In this document: positions 37,255 to 49,300 of the stretch, piece by piece
Position numbering within the stretch: position 1 is the stretch's first letter
How the letters are laid out: each line of letters opens with the position of its first letter
Assembly (NCBI GenBank): GCA_964016885.1
Contig: OZ024742.1
Coordinates: 220,658,001 to 220,722,000 of the forward strand
Reading direction: 5' to 3'
Length of the DNA stretch: 64,000 nucleotides
Origin: Eledone cirrhosa
Lineage: Eukaryota
Position numbers and translations under genes: made by a program
Notes under the pieces: model-generated
Seen by the model: the letters and a program-made list of their open reading frames with translations, nothing else
What the model was told of the DNA's origin: nothing
The model's database searches: none

Positions 37255-37955
37255 TTGATTTAGTCGCTAACATTTTCTTTCTCGTTAGCTGGCCATTGAT
37301 GTAGGAGGGAGTTTGTTGCTGCTGCCTTTAGGTGACCTTCGTTCCATGCTGTGGGTTCAGTTGGGATCCTTGATAGCAGAGTGTCAAGTTGCTTCTTGAA
37401 AACGTTCACGTCCACACCATGCAGATCTCTCAATTTTCTTGGCAGCTTATTAAAGAGTTGAGGGCCTTTGAACCCCAGGCTATTGCAATATCTGTTCCTT
37501 ATTCTAGATGTGAAAGACGGGATCTTTGGCACCATACAGTGAGGTCCTGTTCGACGGTTGGTCCAGCTCTCAATGCCAAAGTTTGGTGTTAGTCGCTCTA
37601 GGATTTCCATTTGTATATCACTGCATACTTTTCCCGCCTTCGTTCCAAGGAGTAAGTTTTAGTTCTTTTAGTCTCTCCCAGTAGCTCATCTCCTTCATCG
37701 TGGCAAACCTCTTGGTGTAGCTTCATTGGAATGCTTCAAGCTCCGTGGTTAGTTTGACACTATGGGGTGACCACAGTTGGGAGCAATAGTCCAGTCAGAT
37801 TAAGACATTTGTCCTCCATAGTACCAACATGGTTTCTCTGTCTCTTGTCTTGAAAGTGCTCAAGATCCAGCCAGCGAGTCGTCTGAACATTGTCGCCATT
37901 TACATGATGAGTGAATAGAACGATGTATTATCGCTCATGTCTATCCCCAGGATTC
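37255..37955 (-). mobile_element. CR1-like LINE 3' fragment
   Basis: GIESWTNRRTG..NSLGFKGPQLFNKLP..FKKQLD; same family as 12185-12835. Confidence 0.82.
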
Positions 37956-37964
37956 GTATCGATT

Positions 37965-38837
37965 TAGAAATAGTTATATTAACTAGCGAAGAATCACCCT
38001 CCGGCAGTTTCCTGCTAGCATATGTAGTGTGCATATTGGTATTATACACTAAATAGTTTTGCATATAGATATAATATGTAAATTGAAAAGTAAATTGACA
38101 ATATCTTCTTCTTCACCCACTTATTTCTGAGAGGGCCGTGGGGGCAGAGTCCTTCTCAAACACTCCTTCCAGAGAGTGTGTCAGTAGCAAACATCTCTAA
38201 CTGATCCAGCTGCACCTGCCAAGCTCATGGATGTTATCCAACTATCTTGCTCAGGGTCTACCTCTGGGTCGCCTGCCGGTTGGTTTTGCCTGTAACCACA
38301 TGTCTATAGTATCGGAGCTATGATCTCTCAATCCAGAGAAGTAGCGGCTCTACTTGGGGTGACTCTCTGATCTCTGAGCTATGCACTTTATTAACTAAAG
38401 TTACTCCAAAGACCCTTCAGAGGAACCCTATTTCAGCAGCTTGTATTTGCCATCGTATTCTTTCGGTTATTACCCAAGATTCATAACCATAGGTAAGGGT
38501 TGGCAGGAATACCAGGAAGATAGCGAGTTTGACTTTTACACCTACCCCCCTTCTTCTGATTACTGAATGCTGAAGCTGGCACATTACTGCATCAGCTTTT
38601 GTAATTCTTGCACTTAATTCAGCCTCCTGCCTTCCATCACTCATGAACAGGGCCCCGAGATACTTGAACTTCTCTACCTGCTTCAGTGGAACTTCATTCA
38701 CGTGTATATAAATTTGAGCGACTTCTGTTCATCCATCCGTCAAACAATGTGTGTGTGTGTTTGTGTGAATGTATGTGTGAGTAAAAGGAAGGAAGGGGAT
38801 ACACACACATACCTAGCTAAGACTAAAGTGTTGATGA
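37965..38837 (+). repeat. Direct copy of 40797-41671 (includes an RTE family B fragment, minus)
   Basis: Colinear from tagaaatagttatatt to gactaaagtgttgatga. Confidence 0.92.
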
Positions 38838-39559
38838 TAAATGAAGGTGTAGCATTTGTTATTCTCTGAATTGATTATAGAAAGTCACAATTTTACTTAT
38901 CACCTATGCATTACACCTTTTGAAAACTTCCTGGTTTTTTAATTGCTTCTCTTAAAACCTGACTAAGACCTTGCTGACAATGTGTGCGCTTATAATCATA
39001 TGCCTAAAAAAGACTTCTTTCGTATACTTGAAAAGAAAAATTTGAAAAAAATGCTCTTGTATATTTCTGCTCTAATATCACTGCAAACAATATGTCTACA
39101 AAAGCAAGAGACATTAATGTATATATTTTTTTAAACAATCTATTGGCCTTTGTCAAAAATATTTACAATACTGTGAAACACTTGAATTTAGTAGCATTTT
39201 CAGCTGATATAAAGATGGAATTTTGCCAATAAAAATTTAAATAATTCACATAGTTGAATGCTGAAAAATTATTGCATCAATAGTCTAACTTCCATAATCC
39301 AAAATCACACAAAGGTGCTGTAAACAAAGATGGGGTGAATGAATTTTATACTAGACTTTATCAAATACAGCAGTTAAGGCTTTCCACTTGAAACACGACA
39401 ATATCCCACAATGGATTTCCAATACATTGTGGGATACTTGATATGTGGGATACTTGATATATCTATAATATAAATAATCTACTTATATATTAAATATGCA
39501 CAAGATCCTGATGTCAACTGGAAGCTTGACAGTTTTATAGTTTTCTAGACAACAGTTAT

Positions 39560-40370
39560 TTTCTCCCTTCCTTTTTTTACCAATTGCCACATCTGTCTCA
39601 CCTCTGCACATCAAATTTGTTACCCACTGCCTTTTCCTCATCTATACTGACTCTGCAGCAGTGACTCCGGCATCTACTATAAATTTGAGAAAAGACAACA
39701 CCAATCACACATACCCCTGTTCTGTCATGGAGGCAGCACTCAACTAAGTCAGAGCTATCAACCCTACTCCCTACCATACAGCTGCAGATTGGATTCCCTT
39801 GTCTTTTACCTTCTACCTGACCATCCTCCCATTAAAACACACCCTCATCATAACACCTACTTTCTCCTCTCTATTACCTTCCCAGTTTTTCCACACCACC
39901 TCTTCTTTCTTCCAAAGGAGGCAGAAGTTTGACTGACCTTTTAGTAACGAGTTTGCCAATTCCAAAACACACCTAGCCAGCTACTTCACAATGCTCTCAT
40001 CCATGATGTCATACTTCTGTCTCTTTATTGAAACCACACACCATAAGCATCCCAGAATTCCAGTACATAGTCAAAAGTTTAGAAAAACTTCTGCCCACAT
40101 CATCAGCTGCATTACAGATAAACTTTGCAATGCAATATACAAAAGGTGAAGCAGGTCTCAGATTAGGTGATTGTTTTCACTAACATTTTCATACCAATCT
40201 CCACCTCATCAATGGAGGCTCTTAGTCTATCATTTTGACTTTGCCTGCTTACTCCATTGACCAGCTCACATTATCTGGAATCTCTAAATGTCACACTCAT
40301 AATGAGAAGTGATTTAGCTTTAGGTTTCACACAGCCTCATCTACATATGTTAACGAGGAATACTCCTTTT
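39560..40370 (+). mobile_element. Old Penelope-like 3' fragment (mirror near 49820-50630, minus)
   Basis: IPLSFTFY, GRSLTDLLV, CSHP*CHT and IISCITDKLCNAIY.GEAGLRLGDCF (decayed GIY-YIG). Confidence 0.7.
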
Positions 40371-40423
40371 TCCTAAAGTAATGTTTAAGTAATATATATA
40401 TGTATACACACGCACACATATTA

Positions 40424-40800
40424 TCGGTAGAGGGTTGGACGCCATGCTTTCTAGCATGATTACGTTCCTTTACGGTCTGAGTTCAAATCCCGTCGAGGTT
40501 AACTTTACCTTTCATCTTTACGGGGTCGATAAAATAAAGTACCAGTAATGTACTGGGTATTTGTTGGTCTTGTGCCAAAAATAGAAACAATTATCTGATA
40601 TTAAGGCGGTGGATTGGCAGTATCAGTAGAGCGTCAGACACAATGCCTTGCAGCATAGAGTTACAGCCCTTTCCGATCTGAGTTCAAATCCCATCGAGGT
40701 TAATTTGGAGCAGTGGAGGTTAACTTTGCCTTTCATCCTTACGGGGTTGATAAAATAAAGTACCAGTAATGCACTGGGATAATTGCTGGCCAAAAGTAGA
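40424..40800 (+). mobile_element. Two tRNA-derived SINEs (mirror near 49390-49766)
   Basis: A/B boxes and aaataaagtaccagt body. Confidence 0.85.
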
Positions 40801-40934
40801 AATAGTTATATTATACTAGCGAAGAATCACCTTCCGGCAGTTTCCTGCTAGCATATGTAGTGGGCATATTGGTATTATACACTAAATAGTTTTGCATATA
40901 GATATAATATGTAAATTGAAAAGTAAATTGACAA

Positions 40935-41535
40935 TATCTTCTTCTTCACCCACTTATTTCTGAGAGGGCCGTGGGGGCAGAGTCCTTCTCAAACACTCCT
41001 TCCAGGGAGTGTGTCAGTAGCAAACATCTCTAACTGATCCAGCTGCACCTGCCAAGCTCATGGATGTTATCCAACTATCTTGCTCAGGGTCTACCTCTGG
41101 GTCGCTTGCCGGTTGGTTTTTGCCTGTAACCACATGTCCATAGTATCGGAGCTATGATCTCTCAATCCAGAGAAGTAGCGGCTCTACTTGGAGTGACTCT
41201 CTGATCTCTGAGCTATGCACTTTATTGACTAAAGTTACTCCAAAGACCCTTCAGAGGAACCCTATTTCAGCAGCTTGTATTTGCCATCGTATTCTTTCGG
41301 TCATTACCCAAGATTCATAACCATAGGTAAGGGTTGGCAGGAATACCAGGAAGATAGCGAGTTTGACTTTTACACCTACCCCCCTTCTTCTGATTACTGA
41401 ATGCTGAAGCTGGCACATTACTGCATCAGCTTTTGTAATTCTTACACTTAATTCAGCCTCCTGCCTTCCATCACTCATGAACAGGGCCCCGAGATACTTG
41501 AACTTCTCTACCTGCTTCAGTGGAACTTCATTCAC
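40935..41535 (-). mobile_element. RTE family B 3' fragment (copies at 38105-38700 and 48656-49255)
   Basis: LKQVEKFKYLG..LPTLTYGYESW..IQAAEIGFL. Confidence 0.85.
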
Positions 41536-41645
41536 ATGTATATAAATTTGAGCGACTTCTGTCCATCCATCCGTCAAACAATGTGTGTGTGTGTTTGTGT
41601 GAATGTATGTGTGAGTAAAAGGAAGGAAGGGGATACACACACATA

Positions 41646-42548
41646 CCTAGCTAAGACTAAAGTGTTGATGAGTAGCAAAGAGGACAAAACTCTGATTCCA
41701 TCAGGGAAATGGCCATGTTCAGTATGTAGGAAAGGAGTTGGCATAAATTCTATAAAATGTACACAATGCAGATCTTGGGTACACAAGAGATGTAGTGGGA
41801 TAGCAGGCAAACTAATAGGTAGGGAAAACTACATATGCAGTAGATGTACAGGGAAATTTGACAGTAGAAGTCGCAGTGATAGACACATTTTTCAAATGCA
41901 GGTAGGATCTATAGAGGTGGTTGAAATCTTCCAATACCTAGGTGATCAGATTAGTAAGGGAGGAGGGTGCTCCAAATCCATAGTATCTAGAATAAGGACG
42001 GGTTGGAAGAAGTTTAGGGCACTGCTTCCTCTGTTGACAAAGAAGGGTTTCTCTCTACGAATGAAAGGTCGGCTATATGATGCCTGTGTGAGATGCACAT
42101 GCTGTATAGTAGTGAGACATGGGCAGCAACTGTGGAGGATATGCGATGGCTGGAGAGAAATGAAGCAAGCATGCTCCGATTGATATGCAATATCAATGTG
42201 CGTGAATGACCAAGCATAGACGAGTTGAGAGAGAAACTGTGTATAAGAGGAATTAGTTGTAGTGTTCGGGAGAGAAGACTGCGATGGTATGGACATGTGA
42301 TGCACATGGAGGATGATCGCTGGGTAAAGAAGTGTCAAAAAATCCCAATAGAAGGAAGACGCAGTAGAGGAAGACCAAGAAAAACATGGGCGTAAGTGGT
42401 GAGAGCTGATCTCAGATCACTGAAGCTCACGGAGGAGATGACAAAGGCTTGTGACGAATGGAGAGATGCTGTGATGAATAGGACCCGTCCCACCCTTGCA
42501 CACAGGGAAAAGCAGACTTAAAATGATGATGATGATGATGATAATGAT
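41646..42548 (+). mobile_element. RTE family A 3' fragment with (ATG)n tail (mirror 47643-48545)
   Basis: KTKVL..WPCSVCRKGVG..WVHKRCSGI..FQYLGD..KGRLYDACV. Confidence 0.9.
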
Positions 42549-42704
42549 ATATATATATATATGTATATATATATGACACACACACACATATATATAATGA
42601 CACAGACACACATGTCTCTAATTTAAGAATGCCAACAAACTCATGCACACACACTGTCCTATTACCACTTAAGAGCTTTGTCCCGGGCAAACATCCCCCT
42701 CAAT

Positions 42705-43045
42705 TGTCAAGAGGCAGGTGCCTTATCTGGGACGTCACAGTTAGTGACTGTTTAGCTTCTTCCCACATCCTGGATGCAGTGGTAAGGGTGAAAGCTACAG
42801 CATTTACAGCTGAATGGAACAAAATCCTAAAATACCATCATCTGTTGGCTAACTACATTTTCCAGGCAGTGGCGTTCGAGAAGTTTGGGGGAGTCGGGCT
42901 ACTGGCAGAGAGGTTTTTATCTTCACTGGCGGCTCGCCTAACCGAGGTAACTGGTGATACTCGTGAGGGCGCTTGATTGTTCCAGCACCTCAGCCTCACC
43001 ATCACCCGAGGTAACACTGTGAGTGTGCTGACTTGCCTCAAAAAT
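42705..43045 (+). mobile_element. CRE-like non-LTR retrotransposon C-terminal restriction-like endonuclease fragment (mirror 47146-47486)
   Basis: GRCLIWDVTVSDCLASSH..AE..K..KY..FQAVAFEKFG..VTGDTRE..FQHLSLTITRGN. Confidence 0.8.
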
Positions 43046-44110
43046 TCATAGACTGGTTTCTATAGTTTAAGACATGGTATGGCAATCGGCAATCAGGAAA
43101 AATTGGGGAATGAGGGGAATTGGGTGAATCGAGGAAAATTGGGGAAAATCCGGTGAAAATCTGGAAAAATTAAGGGAAATTTGTGGAAAATCCAAGGAAG
43201 ATCAGGAAAGATGTACGGAACATCTGGGAGTATCCGTGGATGATCAGAGAATCTGGAAAATACTGAGGAATATCTGGAAAAATCCAAGAGAAATCTGGGA
43301 ATTCCAAGGAAGATCTAGAAAATTCAGGGGAAACCCCTGGGAAAAACCTCAGATTTTACCAGTTTTCCCAGCTTTCCTCAGAATTTCCCAAATTTTCCTC
43401 GGAATTTCCTTGTTTATCCTCGGACTTCCCCAGATATTCCCCTGAATTTCCAATATTTTTCTGGGAAATTCCCATATTTTTCCCGAATTCTCCAGATTTT
43501 TCAAAGATTTCTCCCGATTTTCACCCGACTTTTGCCAATTAACCCTAGATTATCCCAGATTTTCCCCCGATTTTTCCCGATTCGTTGATTTCTCCTATTG
43601 CCCGAATTCCACGAATTTCCACACCACGATTTATCCGATTTACACCGATACCCCAATTTCTACGATTTCCCCCGACTCCTGATTCCCAATTTACCTGTTT
43701 TCTCCCGGATTTTGTCCGAATCCCACGGAGTTTCCAAGATTTTCTCAGATTTTCATCGAAATTCTCAGATATTTTCGGAATATCCTAGATTTTCCCAATT
43801 ACCCAGATTTGCCTTGGAATTTTCAGATTTTACTCGGATTTTCGCAGATTTTCCTCGGAATACACCAGATTTACCTTGTTACATTATAGGCAGCAGTTTA
43901 AGAATTAATATGCACTAGGTGACAAACTATAGGCACCATACGTTAAACTATAGGGACCAGTCATTGAATTATAGGCACCAGTCTAAAAAGTAAGTGCACT
44001 ATGGGTTAAAATATAGACACCAGCCTATGAAATATAGGTTCCCGTCTATAGCATATAGGCACCATTTTATAAACAATAGGCACCATCACCATAGTTAATA
44101 CCAACTGCAA

Positions 44111-44247
44111 ATACCAACAGATGTCCCTTTTCCTTTCAAACCATTGCAATTCCCAGTGAGAGTCAGTTACGCATTGGCTATCAAGTCCCAACGTCAAACA
44201 CTGCAGGTTGTCGGTCTCCATCTAGAAGAGGGCTGTTTCTCTATGGT
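44111..44247 (+). mobile_element. Helitron Pif1-type helicase C-terminal fragment
   Basis: My translation IPTDVPFPFKPLQFPVRVSYALAIKSQRQTLQVVGLHLEEGCFS matches the RepHel motif F.F.R.QFPVR..FAMTINKSQGQTL..VG..L...CFSHG. Confidence 0.88.
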
Positions 44248-46310
44248 GACTATAGTTTATCGTCTATGCCTATGTTTGATGAAATGGTGCCTATAGTTTA
44301 AAGTAAGGTGCCTATACATTATACTTAGGTTTCTATACGTTATAGACGGGAGTTTATAGTTCAGTGGCTGGTACCTATTGTTCAACTTATTGTGCCTATA
44401 GTTTATGAAAACGTGTCTATACTTTGAGGCGGAAGCTTATTGTTCATAGGCTAGCGCCTATAGTTTAACTGGTTCATAACCTGGTGTCTATTGTTTAAAG
44501 TATGGTGCCTATAGTGTTTTGACAAGTGCTTATAGTTTATAGCTCAGTGCCTATAATTTTTCAACCGGCCTCAATTCTTTAAAGTATGGTGCCTATAGTT
44601 TATTGGCGTTTGTCTATAGTTCATAGGATGATGCCTATAATTTACCTTATGTTGTCTACAGTTTATAGGTAGGTGCATCTATGTTATAGACGGGAGCATA
44701 TACTTTATAGGCCGGTTGCTTTCTTTTTACATCTGGTGCTTATAGTTTATTGACTGATGTCTATTCTTTAACATAATGTGCCTATAATTTTTTGAGTGGA
44801 ACCTATAGTCCGTAGACAGGTGCATATAGTATAACTATGGTGTCTATAGTTTATAAAAAGGTGTCTACTCTTTAGGCGTGAGCCTATAGTTCGTGCAATA
44901 GTGCTTATACTTTAACTTATAGTACCTATAGTTTATTAACAGGTGCCTGCAGTTCATAGACTGGTGTCTACATTTTAACATACAGTGCCTATAGTTTTTA
45001 AGTCAGTTTCCTATAGTTAATAGACTGATGCCTATAGTTTATCGCATTTCATAAACTGGTGCATACTGTTTAACGTTACATTTTAGTTAGAGTCTATAGT
45101 TCATAGGCTAGTGCCTATCGTTTAACTTATGGTGCATATATTGTTTGACTGGTGCCTATTGTTCATATTGCCTATATTTTATAGACTAATGTGTATAATT
45201 CAGAAAAAAAGCCTATATTTTAATGCCCATAATTTATATAAAAAGGTGCCTATACTTTTAGACTAGAGTCTACAGTTCTTAGATTGATCCTATTGTTTAA
45301 CTTATTGTGCCCTAGTTTTAACTATATTTCCTATAATGTTGCCTATATTTTAAAGTATGGTGCCTATAGTTTATCGCCTACTGCCTATAATTCATAAACG
45401 AGTGCCTATAGTATAACATATGGTGCCTATAATTTAGAAGTAGGTGTCTGTCCAACATTCATGCCCATGGCTATATTTGAAATTATGGTGCCTATAGTTT
45501 ATAGGTAGGTGCCTGTACGTTATAGATGGTAGCGTATAGTTCATAGACTGGTGCTCACATTTTAACATGTGCCTATAATTTATCGACTTGTGTCTGTACT
45601 TTAATGTATGGTGCGCAAAGAGTTTCAACTGGTGCCTATATTTCATAGCCTGTATTCTAATATATAGAACCTACAATTTTGTCGCCAAATGGCTACAATT
45701 CCCTGGTGACTGTAGTTTAACGTAGAGAGCCTATAATTCATAGGCTTGTGTCTATAATTTAACGTATGGTACCAATATTTTATAGACTGGTGCCTATATT
45801 TTAAAGTATGGTGTCAATAGTTTGTCAGCAAGTGCCTATAAGTCATAAAGAGGTGCCTATAGTTTAACGTATTGTGCCTATAGGTTTTGTGTAGCTGCCT
45901 ATGTTTTATAGACTGTATCCTATAATTCAAGAGCTGGTGCATGTACTTTATCGACTGGTTCTATGGTTTAAAGTATGGTGCCTATAGGTTTTAGACTGGT
46001 ATCTACAGTTCATTTGTGGCCCCTATGTTTTAACGTATTGTGTCTATAGATTATCGTCTAATATCTATGATTTATAAACTGGACCCTATACTTTAACTAT
46101 GGTGATGGTGCCTATTGTTTATAAAATGGTGCCTATATGCTATAGACGGGAACCTATATTTCATAGGCTGGTGTCTATATTTTAACCCATAGTGCACTTA
46201 CTTTTTAGACTGGTGCCTATAATTCAATGACTGGTCCCTATAGTTTAACGTATGGTGCCTATAGTTTGTCACCTAGTGCATATTAATTCTTAAACTGCTG
46301 CCTATAATGT
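44248..46310 (+). repeat. Degenerate minisatellite, core tggtgcctatagttt, about 20-22 bp unit
   Basis: Dozens of diverged copies visible. Confidence 0.9.
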
Positions 46311-49300
46311 AACAAGGTAAATCTGGTGTATTCCGAGGAAAATCTGCGAAAATCCGAGTAAAATCTGAAAATTCCAAGGCAAATCTGGGTAATTGGGAAA
46401 ATCTAGGATATTCCGAAAATATCTGAGAATTTCGATGAAAATCTGAGAAAATCTTGGAAACTCCGTGGGATTCGGACAAAATCCGGGAGAAAACAGGTAA
46501 ATTGGGAATCAGGAGTCGGGGGAAATCGTAGAAATTGGGGTATCGGTGTAAATCGGATAAATCGTGGTGTGGAAATTCGTGGAATTCGGGCAATAGGAGA
46601 AATCAACGAATCGGGAAAAATCGGGGGAAAATCTGGGATAATCTAGGGTTAATTGGCAAAAGTCGGGTGAAAATCGGGAGAAATCTTTGAAAAATCTGGA
46701 GAATTCGGGAAAAATATGGGAATTTCCCAGAAAAATATTGGAAATTCAGGGGAATATCTGGGGAAGTCCGAGGATAAACAAGGAAATTCCGAGGAAAATT
46801 TGGGAAATTCTGAGGAAAGCTGGGAAAACTGGTAAAATCTGAGGTTTTTCCCAGGGGTTTCCCCTGAATTTTCTAGATCTTCCTTGGAATTCCCAGATTT
46901 CTCTTGGATTTTTCCAGATATTCCTCAGTATTTTCCAGATTCTCTGATCATCCACGGATACTCCCAGATGTTCCGTACATCTTTCCTGATCTTCCTTGGA
47001 TTTTCCACAAATTTCCCTTAATTTTTCCAGATTTTCACCGGATTTTCCCCAATTTTCCTCGATTCACCCAATTCCCCTCATTCCCCAATTTTTCCTGATT
47101 GCCGATTGCCATACCATGTCTTAAACTATAGAAACCAGTCTATGAATTTTTGAGGCAAGTCAGCACACTCACAGTGTTACCTCGGGTGATGGTGAGGCTG
47201 AGGTGCTGGAACAATCAAGCGCCCTCACGAGTATCACCAGTTACCTCGGTTAGGCGAGCCGCCAGTGAAGATAAAAACCTCTCTGCCAGTAGCCCGACTC
47301 CCCCAAACTTCTCGAACGCCACTGCCTGGAAAATGTAGTTAGCCAACAGATGATGGTATTTTAGGATTTTGTTCCATTCAGCTGTAAATGCTGTAGCTTT
47401 CACCCTTACCACTGCATCCAGGATGTGGGAAGAAGCTAAACAGTCACTAACTGTGACGTCCCAGATAAGGCACCTGCCTCTTGACAATTGAGGGGGATGT
47501 TTGCCCGGGACAAAGCTCTTAAGTGGTAATAGGACAGTGTGTGTGCATGAGTTTGTTGGCATTCTTAAATTAGAGACATGTGTGTCTGTGTCATTATATA
47601 TATGTGTGTGTGTGTCATATATATATACATATATATATATATATCATCATCATCATCATCATCATCATTTTAAGTCTGCTTTTCCCTGTGTGCAAGGGTG
47701 GGACGGGTCCTATTCATCACAGCATCTCTCCATTCGTCACAAGCCTTTGTCATCTCCTCCGTGAGCTTCAGTGATCTGAGATCAGCTCTCACCACTTACG
47801 CCCATGTTTTTCTTGGTCTTCCTCTACTGCGTCTTCCTTCTATTGGGATTTTTTGACACTTCTTTACCCAGCGATCATCCTCCATGTGCATCACATGTCC
47901 ATACCATCGCAGTCTTCTCTCCCGAACACTACAACTAATTCCTCTTATACACAGTTTCTCTCTCAACTCGTCTATGCTTGGTCATTCACGCACATTGATA
48001 TTGCATATCAATCGGAGCATGCTTGCTTCATTTCTCTCCAGCCATCGCATATCCTCCACAGTTGCTGCCCATGTCTCACTACTATACAGCATGTGCATCT
48101 CACACAGGCATCATATAGCCGACCTTTCATTCGTAGAGAGAAACCCTTCTTTGTCAACAGAGGAAGCAGTGCCCTAAACTTCTTCCAACCCGTCCTTATT
48201 CTAGATACTATGGATTTGGAGCACCCTCCTCCCTTACTAATCTGATCACCTAGGTATTGGAAGATTTCAACCACCTCTATAGATCCTACCTGCATTTGAA
48301 AAATGTGTCTATCACTGCGACTTCTACTGTCAAATTTCCCTGTACATCTACTGCATATGTAGTTTTCCCTACCTATTAGTTTGCCTGCTATCCCACTACA
48401 TCTCTTGTGTACCCAAGATCTGCATTGTGTACATTTTATAGAATTTATGCCAACTCCTTTCCTACATACTGAACATGGCCATTTCCCTGATGGAATCAGA
48501 GTTTTGTCCTCTTTGCTACTCATCAACACTTTAGTCTTAGCTAGGTATGTGTGCGTATCCCCTTCCTTCCTTTTACTCACACATACATTCACACAAACAC
48601 ACACACACATTGTTTGACGGATGGATGAACAGAAGTCGCTCAAATTTATATACATGTGAATGAAGTTCCACTGAAGCAGGTAGAGAAGTTCAAGTATCTC
48701 GGGGCCCTGTTCATGAGTGATGGAAGGCAGGAGGCTGAATTAAGTGTAAGAATTACAAAAGCTGATGCAGTAATGTGCCAGCTTCAGCATTCAGTAATCA
48801 GAAGAAGGGGGGTAGGTGTAAAAGTCAAACTCGCTATCTTCCTGGTATTCCTGCCAACCCTTACCTATGGTTATGAATCTTGGGTAATAACCGAAAGAAT
48901 ACGATGGCAAATACAAGCTGCTGAAATAGGGTTCCTCTGAAGGGTCTTTGGAGTAACTTTAGTCAATAAAGTGCATAGCTCAGAGATCAGAGAGTCACCC
49001 CAAGTAGAGCCGCTACTTCTCTGGATTGAGAGATCATAGCTCCGATACTATGGACATGTGGTTACAGGCAAAACCAACCGGCAAGCGACCCAGAGGTAGA
49101 CCCTGAGCAAGATAGTTGGATAACATCCATGAGCTTGGCAGGTGCAGCTGGATCAGTTAGAGATGTTTGCTACTGACACACTCCCTGGAAGGAGTGTTTG
49201 AGAAGGACTCTGCCCCCACGGCCCTCTCAGAAATAAGTGGGTGAAGAAGAAGATATTGTCAATTTACTTTTCAATTTACATATTATATCTATATGCAAAA

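Larger units (their letters stand above)
38835..44098 (+). repeat. Left arm of large inverted repeat
   Basis: Reverse complement of 46093-51353; mirrored ORF coordinates sum to 90191. Confidence 0.95.

Noticed and set aside
43093-43918. F/P/R-rich ORFs and their mirrors at 46273-47098
   Set aside because: Products of short degenerate repeats.
44248-46092. CRISPR-like array
   Set aside because: No unique spacers, units are degenerate, context is eukaryotic and no cas genes are present; it is a minisatellite.
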